From Azolla caroliniana (lineage: Eukaryota; Plantae; Polypodiophyta), in assembly GCA_043228905.1 (NCBI GenBank), contig JBHGNT010000005.1, forward strand, positions 5,394,001 to 5,458,000: a stretch of DNA of 64,000 nt, read 5' to 3'. Below the pieces are notes generated by a model. That model worked only from the letters and a program-made list of their open reading frames with translations. It was not told the DNA's origin and made no database searches. Shown piece after piece: positions 38,101-50,900 of this stretch. The first letter of the stretch is position 1; each line of letters opens with the position of its first letter. The position numbers were made by a program, and so were the translations under genes.

Positions 38101-41100
38101 TTATATGCAATCGGCAACTCAGAACCAAAAAATCGTCCTACATGCAATGAGACTTCACTTCCACCAATTCTCAGTGAGACAATATCAGAAGTTATAACCC
38201 TAAATCTTTTTTCTGTAATTATGGCATGATGGTTAGAAGCAGTTGATCCCATATCACTATTCTTTTTCTGCAAAGGTTTTTCTAACTCTTGGAATATTCT
38301 GTTGAAATCACCTTCTGCACTATCTATGACTGTCAACATGGAGTAAAGCAAAACACCATCAGAGGAACCACAAAAGATATATTGAAGACCATTCATGTCC
38401 GCAATAGCTACAGAACGTATAGGCCTCTCTGATCCACATTCAACTTTTGCCAAGTCATTCTGCATTTGATAGGCAAAAGGAAAACATAAATAAAACTGAA
38501 GAGACGAAGATAAAATAGCAAGACCAGTGTCCTAGTGCTCTGTTCAGCGCCTAATTTTATCTCTAGTGCAACTTAGAAATGTTGCAAAGGAAAATCATAA
38601 ATAAAATCAAAGAGAAGAAATAATTAGTAAGACCAGAGACCTAACAGAGACCTAATGTTCCATTTAGAGCCTTAATTTATCTGTAGTGCAACTTAAAAAT
38701 GTTTCTTATCATTGTCAATAGGTCTTAAATGCAATCAAAGATAAAAATTCCCAGAAGCATATCAATGCAGAATCAGGAGACATGGAAATTTGAACTAGCT
38801 TGGTGTAAGATAAACAGAACCCACCATCACTATCTAAAAACCTACTGGTATGGCATACTGCCATGTCAACCTTTACTTATACAATATTTCTTCAAAGGGT
38901 TTCAACTTATTGCTTGAAATACAGTGTATGGGCATGGATACTTTTTATGTCATTTCAATGCAGGCCTTCTATAATTGTCACCAGGTTTTCAATACCTAGG
39001 ATGAAATCTGTCATAACTGTGTGACCTCCAAATTTTATTTGGTTTTGCATCATGAAAATTCAGTATAAAACCTACAGTAATCACCAATATCTGTAACATA
39101 GAGAAGAAAGAAAGAAAGATATATTGTCTTTTACGAGGCTAAAAGGGCCTATGAGATAGAACAAGACACTAAATCTTAAGATGTTCACATATCTTTGAAA
39201 ACAACAAACCAAATAAAGGGTACTAGCGCACCTAGTTAGCCAAGCATTTCATATTCTGAACCCAAATAGACCAAACTTTTGCAATCAAAAGATCTCCAAC
39301 ACAGGCCAATCATATACGGCGGAGGTTTCCAAAGCGAGGAAAACATCTTCAGTGGGTACGGAAGTGTCATCCTATCTTTGGTCAATGTGCTAAATCAGAC
39401 TACTGCATTGAAGAGACAATGGTATTTTCCTGTCATTGCAGAGTGGGCATCAATACTGTCGATAGTGCTCCTCCCATTCAGCACATTAATCTGTAAGGCC
39501 ACATGTATAGTGTGATAAGGTAATGTCCTAACCTGTCCTATCACTGTATGGAGAGTATGCAACATGTGTTTCTACATACATGGGCTGACATATGAAACCA
39601 TTCTGAGAGAAATGTAGGAAGATGGACTACTAGTAGGACATCTTTGTGCCTAGTTCCAACTGTCTAAGTCATGCAACATATCCATTTGATGATACCTGTC
39701 CTCCTCTTAGTAATGTCAGAATATGAGCTGTGTGAGAAACATCAAAGGGTAGGAAAGCATTTAGGACCAGTTCAGGAGAACCAGTGTGCTCACCTTATTT
39801 CAGCAAAGTAAGAGATTGAACTACTATTTCTTGTGATCATAGTTGAAGTTGAAGATCGTAATTACCAAATAAGGCCAAGACAATATAGACACTATATCTG
39901 ACATCCACTGTCCAACAAGAACCACTGTCAGCATCTCAACAGAAGGAAAATCAACTTTATTGTTTATCTTCTCCTTAGTCAAAATATTTGAAATCCGTGC
40001 TTGAAAAATTCCAATAGAAGAGACCTGAAAAAAATTAATACATTTTTTAATGATATTCACACATGTGAACAAGATGTCCACAGATCAGGAACCAGACCTG
40101 ATTGCCAATTATTCATGATTATATTTCATGTCATTTAGTTATTTATAGAAGAGCGGATCTGCCAATTGTGTCATCAAAGGGTTGAAAAGCAGGAACATTA
40201 TGTTTGTGATTGTGCTGTTTTTTATGAAATAACCAGGAGATATCACTGCCTCTTCTTGGGTTTGAGAAGGAATAGTTTCAAGCACTGCTGGCCTCTGTAT
40301 TCCATAACTTTTGCGTAATGATTGATGCATGGTTGAGAAGTTGTTGAAGGAAAATAATTCAACCAAATACCCATCGCAAATTTATTTAGCTCCATCACTC
40401 ATGCTACAATTCTGTCAAGAACTACACAACTCACAACTCTCCAAAGGAGCTACGATAGATTGGACAAGAGCAGCTTGTCATGCATGGAGGCGACAACCAT
40501 AGCCCTTGGAATCAACAAAAGAAAAAGCTTCTATCACCTAACACAGAATGTACCTTCTTAGGATACCTCTCCATCTTAGGTTCAACCATGTTGGAGATCT
40601 TTAGAAGGGAGAAAAAGTTTCAGACCATCAAAGTTCATAATGTTACATGCTTAGTTAATGAGACTCTTTGTTATCTTAGCAAGTTCTACTGATTTAATTA
40701 TATTTGGTTTATAGGTTGTTCTCAATGACGAGACAGAATTTAAAGATGCAGTATCTCATTGCCTCATATTGTCCTCTTAATAGGAAAAACATAAAAAATT
40801 TCTTTATTTTTTTCTTAGTGGGGTTAAACCCATTGGCTACAGTTTAGAGAATCCTTTGGAACACAACAGTTTAGACACAGATATGATTGTCTTTTTTCTC
40901 TCTATGGCTGTTGGCTTGGTGGTTTTTAGTGTAGCATAAAGTATAAAATTAAGAGACAGGTCCTGTCTCATAGATGCAATCAGAGGGTGGAATTTAAAGA
41001 ACACTATGTTTGTCATTTTACGGTTTTTTATGAAATAAGAGGGATATGTCATTGCCTCGTTAAGTAAGTATTGGCCCTCTGCACAAGGTACTGGAATATG

Positions 41101-44100
41101 AGAACCACCAGTGCTTGGGGATTTTCTTGCTAGAACTCAAAGAGACACGTGGAGAAGTTGTTGGACAACAATACAACCACACAAGCTAATTAACAAAGAA
41201 CAATCAGAACTTTCTTTATCCCCATTCCTCATGCTACAAGTCAATCAAGGGCTACACAAATGGGCTCCTGACAAGGACATTGCAAAGGGGTTACAATAGA
41301 TGGGAATAGCAATTTGTCGTGCTTGTGGGCCTCGGCCTTGTGAATCGTGATTGCATCACCCTTGTCATTTACAGATAAAGGCCATTATCTCAAGTGGAGC
41401 TTGCCCACTTTGGAGACCTTTCCATTCTAGATTGATCTATGCTAGAAATCTTCCAAAGACAAAAATTACAATGTATCTAATTTCAGAATCTTACATGTAT
41501 AGATGAAGAGATTCTTTAGTCATGCCTTAGTCTATTAAATTTACTTTTTTACTTAGCTATATTTATTATCTTTGTTTTGTTGTTTCGCAAAGATGAGAAC
41601 ATTTTAAGATGCGATCTCTTGTTTGGACATATAGGCAATTTTGGTCTCTTAAAAGATGTACATATATACCTCCATTCTGGATCGACCTATGCTAGAGATC
41701 TTTTGAAGACGAAAGTTATAATATATCTAACTTGAGAATCTCATATGTGCCGAAAACCCGATTCTTTCGTCTCTTTTTATCTTATTTACTTTTATATTTA
41801 CTGAGTAATATTTATTTTATTTTGATTTGTTGTTCTCAAAGACGAGGCAACACTTAAGATGTAATCTCTTGTTTGGTCTTATAGGCCATTTTGGCCTCTT
41901 AAGAGACATTAATATATCTTTCTTTCTGAGCACACTTATACAGTTCCAAGTGCCACGATCAAAATTGTGGCTATTTGATACACTTGTCACACTGATCCTT
42001 CTCAATGCAGTGGAAACCTGGGGACCAAGTCTTCACAATGCAAATACCTGGAAATATTTGGAGATACCTTAGATGTCAATGATTGCCCCGCATGATAAGG
42101 AGTAAAGTTTGAATGGATACACGTCCGTCATCTATCTAAGAGACGCCAATACAGCTTTCTTTTTTTCTCTTTCTTTCTTTCTTAACATCATCTCTCCACA
42201 CTTTCAAAGATTCTCCCAGATCCTTGAGATTTACCTTTTCCTAGACAAACCTCATTGCTGTACTTTATTATTTGTTTCTACTAGATATTACCCACTTAAG
42301 TTCAACAAACGATTCCATGCACTGATCTCTTTTATACAAGAAAGCTATATTTCTTTTCTACAGAAAAAAGTTATAATATTCTACAATACCTCATGATCCT
42401 GAAACCTGGTCCTGACTACATGACAAACACCCTTATCATCCACTGTTACTGCATACAGAATTTTGGTGGCAGCTATTATAATTCCATCCTCATTTAGTGC
42501 AGCCATAGTTATGCTTTCCGGTGATTTGAAATCATTTGTGTTTGGTTCAGAAAAAGATGGTACCCATTCATGAGCTAGATGTCCACACTCTTGCACCACT
42601 CTTATAGCAAGGGATGTAACCTGCAATTCAGCCAAGTGATAATCAGACAGTAGAATGGGTTAGGGATTATGCAGGTTAGCTATAAAATTACGATAATTAT
42701 CCATACCTGCACAATCCATCCACCTGATAGAGATCCTATCACAAGTGTGCGATGCTCATTATCAAATCCACGAAGGGAAATAAAGGAAATATTAGAATCT
42801 GTAAATTCTATTAAATCACTTTTATCCTGCAAGAGAAATCAGTTTATCATTTTAGGGGAGACGAAAATCTAATGGTTTGTGGACCAACACGACTTAATAA
42901 GATAGAGTAATGCATGACAGAAAAAATTAGGGAATTTCTAATGAATAAACAGCATCACAGCAAAAAGTTTCACCCTTGAAACACATAATTCCCCCTTTGT
43001 AATATTTCACTCTTAAGACAAGACAATCTTTAATAGATTTAATTTCTTGTTTCATCTTATATGTCAATCTGGCCTCATAGAATTGTTAATATATTGTTAT
43101 TTCCTTGATAACCATAGAGTAGACATGACCAACATGGAAAAGCATAAGGTGAACCTATTAATAGTATTAAATTGGATATTGGAAAGACATGTATCAGCCC
43201 TGAACATTCTAGGTAAGAAGATGTCCCTCTTTTTACAGACATCATAGAATGGATTTATATAACGCCCTCTTATTGATACACATCCGTCTCATGCACTTTA
43301 TAGTGCAATAGGACAGCTCAAGACCTGTTTGTGGTCATTTTGGCCATGTTCAAATTCAACCATCGTAACCACAATCCAGCTCTTTTGTGAGGTCTCTAAC
43401 ATTAATTTCAATAAGAAAAGATCCCCAATGTAAAGATCGTTTGTATGTGACAATAATAGACATCACTCATCATGAGGGGTTCATGAATATCAGCAATAAG
43501 GTGAGCTCCACGTATATCCTATCATGTAATGCTGATTGAATCACCTTGCGTGGATTCAAACTCTGCCAATCAGTTCTCCTTAAATAGTGTTTGTTTTTCT
43601 CTTTAACTTTCAAAATTTCTATGGGAAAATTCATACTTAGGGATAGTTACCAGTATCCTGTGAGAAAGTACTGCCCATGCACGATGTAAATAATCACCAC
43701 TCTTGTACACTGGAAGAACAGTTAACAGGTCATCTGTCTGCACACTTGGTATTTCAGACAGTAATCGTAATAAAAACTATCATGAAATGTTCATGAATAT
43801 AATTGAACAAACCTGAAGATCATGCACTTCCTCCATGATAAGCTTAAATCCACGAGACACTCTGAAAAAAAGAAGAATCACTCAAATATGTTTTTGCAGT
43901 GGAAGAAAACCAAAGCACTTTGAGTGCTGCATGTTTATTATTCCACATGTGACATGTGTGTTACCATGTTATATTTCTGCAACTAGAAGCATTGAAAGAA
44001 ACATCGAACACAGCATGACCCCAATTTTTTAGAGTCAACATCATTGTTGATTGGCTAGTTCAATACACCAGTATATTGTCAAAAATCTATCATCTCAAGC

Positions 44101-45605
44101 ATTATCACGAAGCCCCTTAGTTTCTCAGAATTAGAACTCAGGAATCTAGATATGTATTTTGTGCTTAAGATATGCTGCCCTGATTGTTCTCATAATCAAC
44201 CAAGTGACCTCATATGTATCACGCAAGTTTTTGATGTTCGGAATCCTGATTTGCTTATTTGCTTTCAACAACTATTGATTGGCTGCTCAGGATGCATTCT
44301 CTACGGAGCTTTGCATCATCAAATAATAATTCTGGCTTCCATGTTGGTCATTTTTTCTGGGATAAGACACTTTCTATGTTGGTATCCTGATAATTGAAAA
44401 ACATGTGTTGTTTTTCCTTACATGGTTGCATATTTGCTCCCAATCTTCATTTCTTCCCTTCTCTAAGACGAGGCAACGATTTTAAGATGTAATCTCTTGT
44501 TTGGTCTTATAGGCCATTTTGGCCTTTTAAAAGATGTTACTATATTTCTCTTCCTTTCTAAACCATACAAATTTTCAAATATTTTGTTAATGAGTATGCA
44601 TTACTTATTGGATTTAACATATTTTAATTAGAGCTTGCATCAAATTATATTTTTACTTTTGTTTTAAGAAAAATGTGAGCTTAGTGCTTATTTGTTCTAA
44701 TTTATATATTTTTGAATTAATTGATCAAATTTAGTGAAGTGAACCTTAACAAAACAGCAAATTCACAGTTTACTATCGAATAGTAATGTAAATAATCTAA
44801 CGGCCATATAATTTCAGCAATATGAGATTTTACTAGCTGACAAAGAGGAAAACTACCTGCACAAAAGACCATTAGGTGCGTTTCCGCAAGCCAGTAGAAG
44901 TTGGTAATCAGAACTACATTCTTCATCAGAAATCAGCAGTGAATCGTGCACTGGAGCTAGACTGTCCAATATGACAGAGTCATCAGACAGCATGTCCTTG
45001 GCTAAAAGATCTTCTTGCAGTGAAGATATATCAGCCCCACAATCATCTTCTAAACTTGTTTCCCGTGAAATTCTTGACTCGGACCAAGAGTTCATAGTAT
45101 GAAATTTCTCTACAGAGGAGCCACTCAAGGGTGATAAGCATAATAAATGAGCATCACCTCCTTCACCATTAACAAAAAGAATAGAACTTTGACAAGAAAC
45201 AGCTCCTCTAGCTGAGATAGATTTCACAATCTGCATCACATATGCAAATTAGCAAGAAAGTTTGCTTGCTGTATAGCACACTGAAAAAATAATTGAGCAA
45301 GAACCATGAGTTATTTCTTTGTTTTGTGACCAGGCCGTGATTCAAGAACCATATGCATTAATCCACAGCAATAAACTATGATGTTATTGATGGATACTTT
45401 AGGATATCATGAAGCCTTTAAACACTGCTGATATTCTTGGAAATGAGGAAATGTTAGTGTCTCAACTATTTCTTAGTTGCAAAAGTCACTTATTACTTTT
45501 TCGTTAATTTTGGGCCAAGTTCAATGTGAACTTGATCAACCCTAAATGGGTCATATAATCATAAGTTAAGAACTTTTGGATCTCACTTCAACGGTGAGCT
45601 CCTCC

Positions 45606-45656
<51 letters not shown>

Positions 45657-47865
45657 GTGCCAAAAACCAGATTCTCTCGCCTCTTTTCTTTTCATCTTAT
45701 TTACTTTTATATTTACTGTGTAATATTTACTTTATTTTGATTTGTTCTCAAAGACGAGAAAACATTTAAGATGTAATCTCTTATTCGGTCTTATAGGCCA
45801 TTTTGGCCTCTTAAAAGACGTTAATATATCTTTATTTCTTTCTTTCTCTCTCAGAAGCCCTTAGTGTTTCTATAGATATGCAATGGAGAATCTATGCACT
45901 CTATGAATCTGTTTCAGGAAAAGTGTGGTCTTCTAAGGACTTGTCAGAGGCGGTGGCTAGCACAATTGGCGTGAAGCAAGGATGCCCACTATCCCCCACA
46001 CTCTTCGGTCTCTATATAGATGAGGTATCACAGTACATAGAGAGATTTGGGGGTTCCGGAGCACACGTAGCAGTTATTGCTATACAAATATTACTATATG
46101 CTGATGATATTGTGCTGATTTCTGACTCTCCGGAGGGACTACAAAGACATCTAAATGCCTTTAAACTATTTTGTACGGACAAAGGTTTGTCAATCAACAT
46201 GAATAAAACTAAAGTGATGGTGTTTAACACCACCCAAGCATGGGTAACAAGATCAGAACCAGAATTCTTCTTGGGAGAGGAAAAGGTGGAATACACACGC
46301 TCCTACACATACCTAGGCGTAACATTTACAGGACCTAGGTTCTCCTTACAGGAGGCCGCTTGTGCCCGACTTTCTCGTGCATATGCAGCCCTTGGTGCTC
46401 TCAAGAGACAATGTGCACATTTGCAGTTCCAAGAGCCACGGACTAAGCTATGGTTATTTCATGCACTTGTCACACCAACTCTTCTCTATGGAGTAGAGAC
46501 ATGGGGACCGAATCTTAACAAGGCAAATCATTGGAAAGATTTAGAGAGACCTTTAGTGTCAATGATTGCTCGCATGATAAGGAGCAAAGCATCGGTGCCC
46601 CACGATATAATCCGGGCAGAGATGGGAGCAGCACCTATAATAACCAAGGCGTTGTTCCGATCAGTGACATTTATCTAACGTCTTTGGGAGCTCCCTAAAC
46701 GAAGGTACCCAAGGTTGGCACTTACGTCATCAAAACAACTGGCTGAAAATGGAGACACTCATTGTTGGTATGCTGAAATGCAGCAATGGTTCGAGTCACA
46801 TGGCATGAGTATAAATGCACTACCCCCATTCCAATATAGCTTGGACTGTCCCCATCTAAATATGACCAAAGTGGAAAAGAATAGAGTGATCCAAACTGAT
46901 TTTAAAAACTTGGAAAACAAGATAACATGGATCAGCCCCAAAATACCATTTGGTACAAAGATGGCCCACTATAAGACACACTTCTTAGATACATCGGAGG
47001 ATGGATTTGTCATCAGGTCACCTTATATGGACATACATCTATCCTATGCGCTACGTAGTGTGATAGGGCAGCTGCAAACTTCATCACATCAGCTACAGAT
47101 TGAGGTAGGCAGATATACACGACTACCTCTAGAAGAGAGAATTTGCCAATTGTGTAATCAAGGAGTGGAATCTGAAGAACACTATGTTTGGCGTTGTAGT
47201 GTCTTTTATGAAATCAGAGGGAGATACCATTGCCTCTTTAAACAAGGCTTTGGCCCACTATGCAAGGTAATGGAATATGAGGACCAATGATGCCTAGGAC
47301 TTTTCTTGCTAGAGCTCAAGAGACATCGGGAAAAGTTGTTGAAGAATACAGCCACACAAGCTCATCCACAAAGAACAATCACAACTTTCTTTAGCCCCAT
47401 CACTCCTAATGCTAGAAGTCAACCCCGGGATACACAAATGGGCTTCAGACCAGGACATAACAAAGGGGTTACAATTGATCAGGCAATGGCAATTTGCCGT
47501 GCACGTAGTCCTCGGCCCCATGGACCACGACCTCGACACCCTTGTCATCGACAGATAAAAGCCATTATCTCCCGCCATCGTAGGTGCTTCCCTCGCTTCG
47601 GAGACATTTCCATTATGGATCGACCTATGCTAGAGATCTTTCGAAGACAAAAGCTACAATATACCTAACTTGAGGATCTCACATGTGCCAAAAACCTGAT
47701 TCCCTCATTTCTTTTCTTTTCATGTTATTTACTTTTATATTTACTGTGTAATATTTATTTTTGATTTGTTCTCAAAGACGAGACAACACTTAAGATGTAA
47801 TCTCTTATTTGGTCTTATAGGCCATTTTGGCCTCTTAAAAGACGTTAATATATCTTTCTTTCTTT

Positions 47866-47941
<76 letters not shown>

Positions 47942-50900
47942 TCTCCCTCCTGAGTGTTCCTCAGCCGTATTGACATCATTCCTGACCCTTTCACATGTTT
48001 TAAAGTTTAAATACAAACTTGCATTCATAGAAAACATTTTTTAAGAGGAAAAAATGGCCTATAAGACCAAACAAGAGATCACATCTTTAAAATGTTGTCT
48101 CATTTTTGAGAACAAACCAAAATAAACTTAACTACAATAAAAAGTACATTAAAATGTTTTTAAATAGAAATAAGAATCTCTTGATCTATACATGTAGAAT
48201 TCTCAAGTAAAATAGATTGTAATTTGTCTTCAAAAGATCTCCAGCATAGTCAATCCAAAAAGGAGAGATCTTTGAAGCAAGGGAAGAACATGCAATGGTG
48301 GGAGATAATGGCCTTTATCTGTCAATGACAAGGGTAATGAGATTGTAGTTCACATGGCTGGGCCTACATCCACGACAAATTGATATTGCCTGATCGATTC
48401 AAGAGAGCTATTTTTTTGGATCATTGGATATTTGAAAGTAAATTTACCTAGCTTCTACACCTTTACACCTATGAGAAGGTAGTGTGCATTTTGAGCTAGT
48501 ATACGAACGCTTGAAGTACAATCATGTTTCACCACCCATCCATTCTTCATATTCAACAATAAAATCTAATTGATGATGTCGGGTTAATTAATAATGTCAT
48601 CTTGAAGGCTGCCCGTCATACCTAGGGCTCTTTTGACATTCAAAAAGTTGATGTCGCCTTCATATAGTTCAACTATTGGTCTTAACCCAGGCGGAAGTAC
48701 TGGTAATAGATCTAGAACCATCCATTTTGGCGTCGAGTTCGTCTGAAGAAAATCATTAGCTAGCTTCATCCATCTGACCAAAAGGTCCTTTCTTCGTTGA
48801 ACCATTTGGTCTTCCCACAAATAATAGAGGAGCATGATCATTTTGTCAATTTTTTGTTGAAAGACATCCTTCAGACTTCTCAATTATGATCATCAAAGGT
48901 ATTTTCCCACCCAAAAAGTCCAAATGGATAAGGAAGTTTGTCATTGCAGGATTTGTTAAATTGCATTGATGTAGCATGTTTTGTCTCAAAAGGGCATTTG
49001 CACAGATTATCATTACCAGAATTGTTTTAAGTTCTACGAAGCAAAAACAACAGATGGTTCCAGATTGTCATGATGCAGAAGCCTGATTATTTAGGTGGAA
49101 AAGATACAGCACTTATTGGATGCATGTGGGAGTTTTAATCCCAAGTGGCATCTTTTTTATGTCTGCCTTCTTTTTATTCAATCTACCAAGGTAACCTCAG
49201 AAGAAAAGGCTTTCATTCCTTCAATCTTTGGACCAATCCCACCACATCAACAGCACTAGCGAGCTTTCTATCTTGCCTTGTGAACCCCACCAAAGGCAAC
49301 ACAAATAAATACTTGGGAGTTCTCGCCTGCCACTTTAAGCACTGAAATTTGAAAATCTTTTCTAATTCCAGTTTAAGCTTCAACAGAAAGTTTGCCTACA
49401 AATATTTTAGACTCATTCGCAATCTTCAGAGTTTCCTTCCCAAACAATATCACCATGTTTTGCATGTGCATAAATCCTTTCATCGGTTAAAAAGATAGTT
49501 CAAATAATATGATTGAATTATTCTCATTGATGCTAGAAACATCCCAGTTCTAAATACCTACTTATCAAGGTACATAATGTTTGATGAACCTATATTTTAA
49601 CAGCTGGAGCTCCCAGAATGTACATCAGTCTATAACAAGTCACACAAATTCCAGCTTCATATTGTACAACCTTGCTAAAGACCTTTAAAATCTTCTTGAT
49701 CATCCAGATTATTTACACAACCCTCCAATACAGTCAGGATGCCCCAGGCTTCAGACACTTCCAATCACAAATTCAAACTAGCCAAATGCCATGAAACATA
49801 CATATTGTAAACACGTTTTAAGTTGTAAACTTGCCTGAGCTGTAGATAATAGACAACTTGAGATAATTTTATGCATTCTGAATTTGTACCAGTCAGTCAG
49901 GTCAATAATGAACAGTGAAGGGCTGTTGTCAGCAACCACCTAAAAACACACGGGCTTCCATTAGGGTAGTTTTAAGTATCATTCATGCTATCCATGTCAC
50001 TTTAATGCTTTATTTGGTGCTGAATGGACAGCATGCACTCTAAGAAAAAACTTAAATAGAGTTCATGCTTACAAGGGTAGTATCGTTGCATATATCACAG
50101 CAAGTAGGTATCCCGTTCAGAGGCAAAACCAGTGAAGACCTTTGACCGTTTGCATTAAAACATGAGATGCTGGTACTAGATATTGTCATAACTCCCACCT
50201 TTGGGTGTATATCTATTTCTTGTTGAGTGGTGACAGCATTATCATCTTGTTGAACCCAAGGTATAAGTAAAGTTGTCGTTGGATGTAAGTTACTGAAAAC
50301 CAACAAATCAATTGCACTGCATGTAAGATTAACATAACTCTAAGATATTATTTACTCTATAGTTAGACCTTCATTTTCACCTTATTTTCCATGGACCTCG
50401 TAAGAGTTTTTTAGCATCCATGTCTACAGCCCAACAGTCCAAGGAAAGCAAGTTCTGACTCAGCCCTGAAAGAAAAATACAGAAAAACATTAAACAGACA
50501 GCAATTAAGATGTCTTATTGATATTTTTGGACAGAAAGCCATCTTTGACCCTCCACAAGTGAACATTCCATTTACCATTAAATAAGGAAACTAATTACTT
50601 TAGAAATAATCCATTATCAAGAAAAGGTAATGATTAGATAAAAAATCAAATCATTAAGAAATACCTCTATTTGCTAGTAAGACTGCAAGCAAGGGACGAC
50701 CCTTACAATCAACAGCCTTTTGAGCTTTCATTCCATTTCTAAATGCCGATGACCCCAGGAAACAAAGAGATAGTACATCAGGACCCATGGATGACGGAAA
50801 TGGACCTGCAAGGGGACTTGGTTCTGTTTCCATCTGAAGGTAATAAGCTTTCCATTCATGCAACATTTCTGCCTGATCAGATATTTGGGTAATGTCTGCA

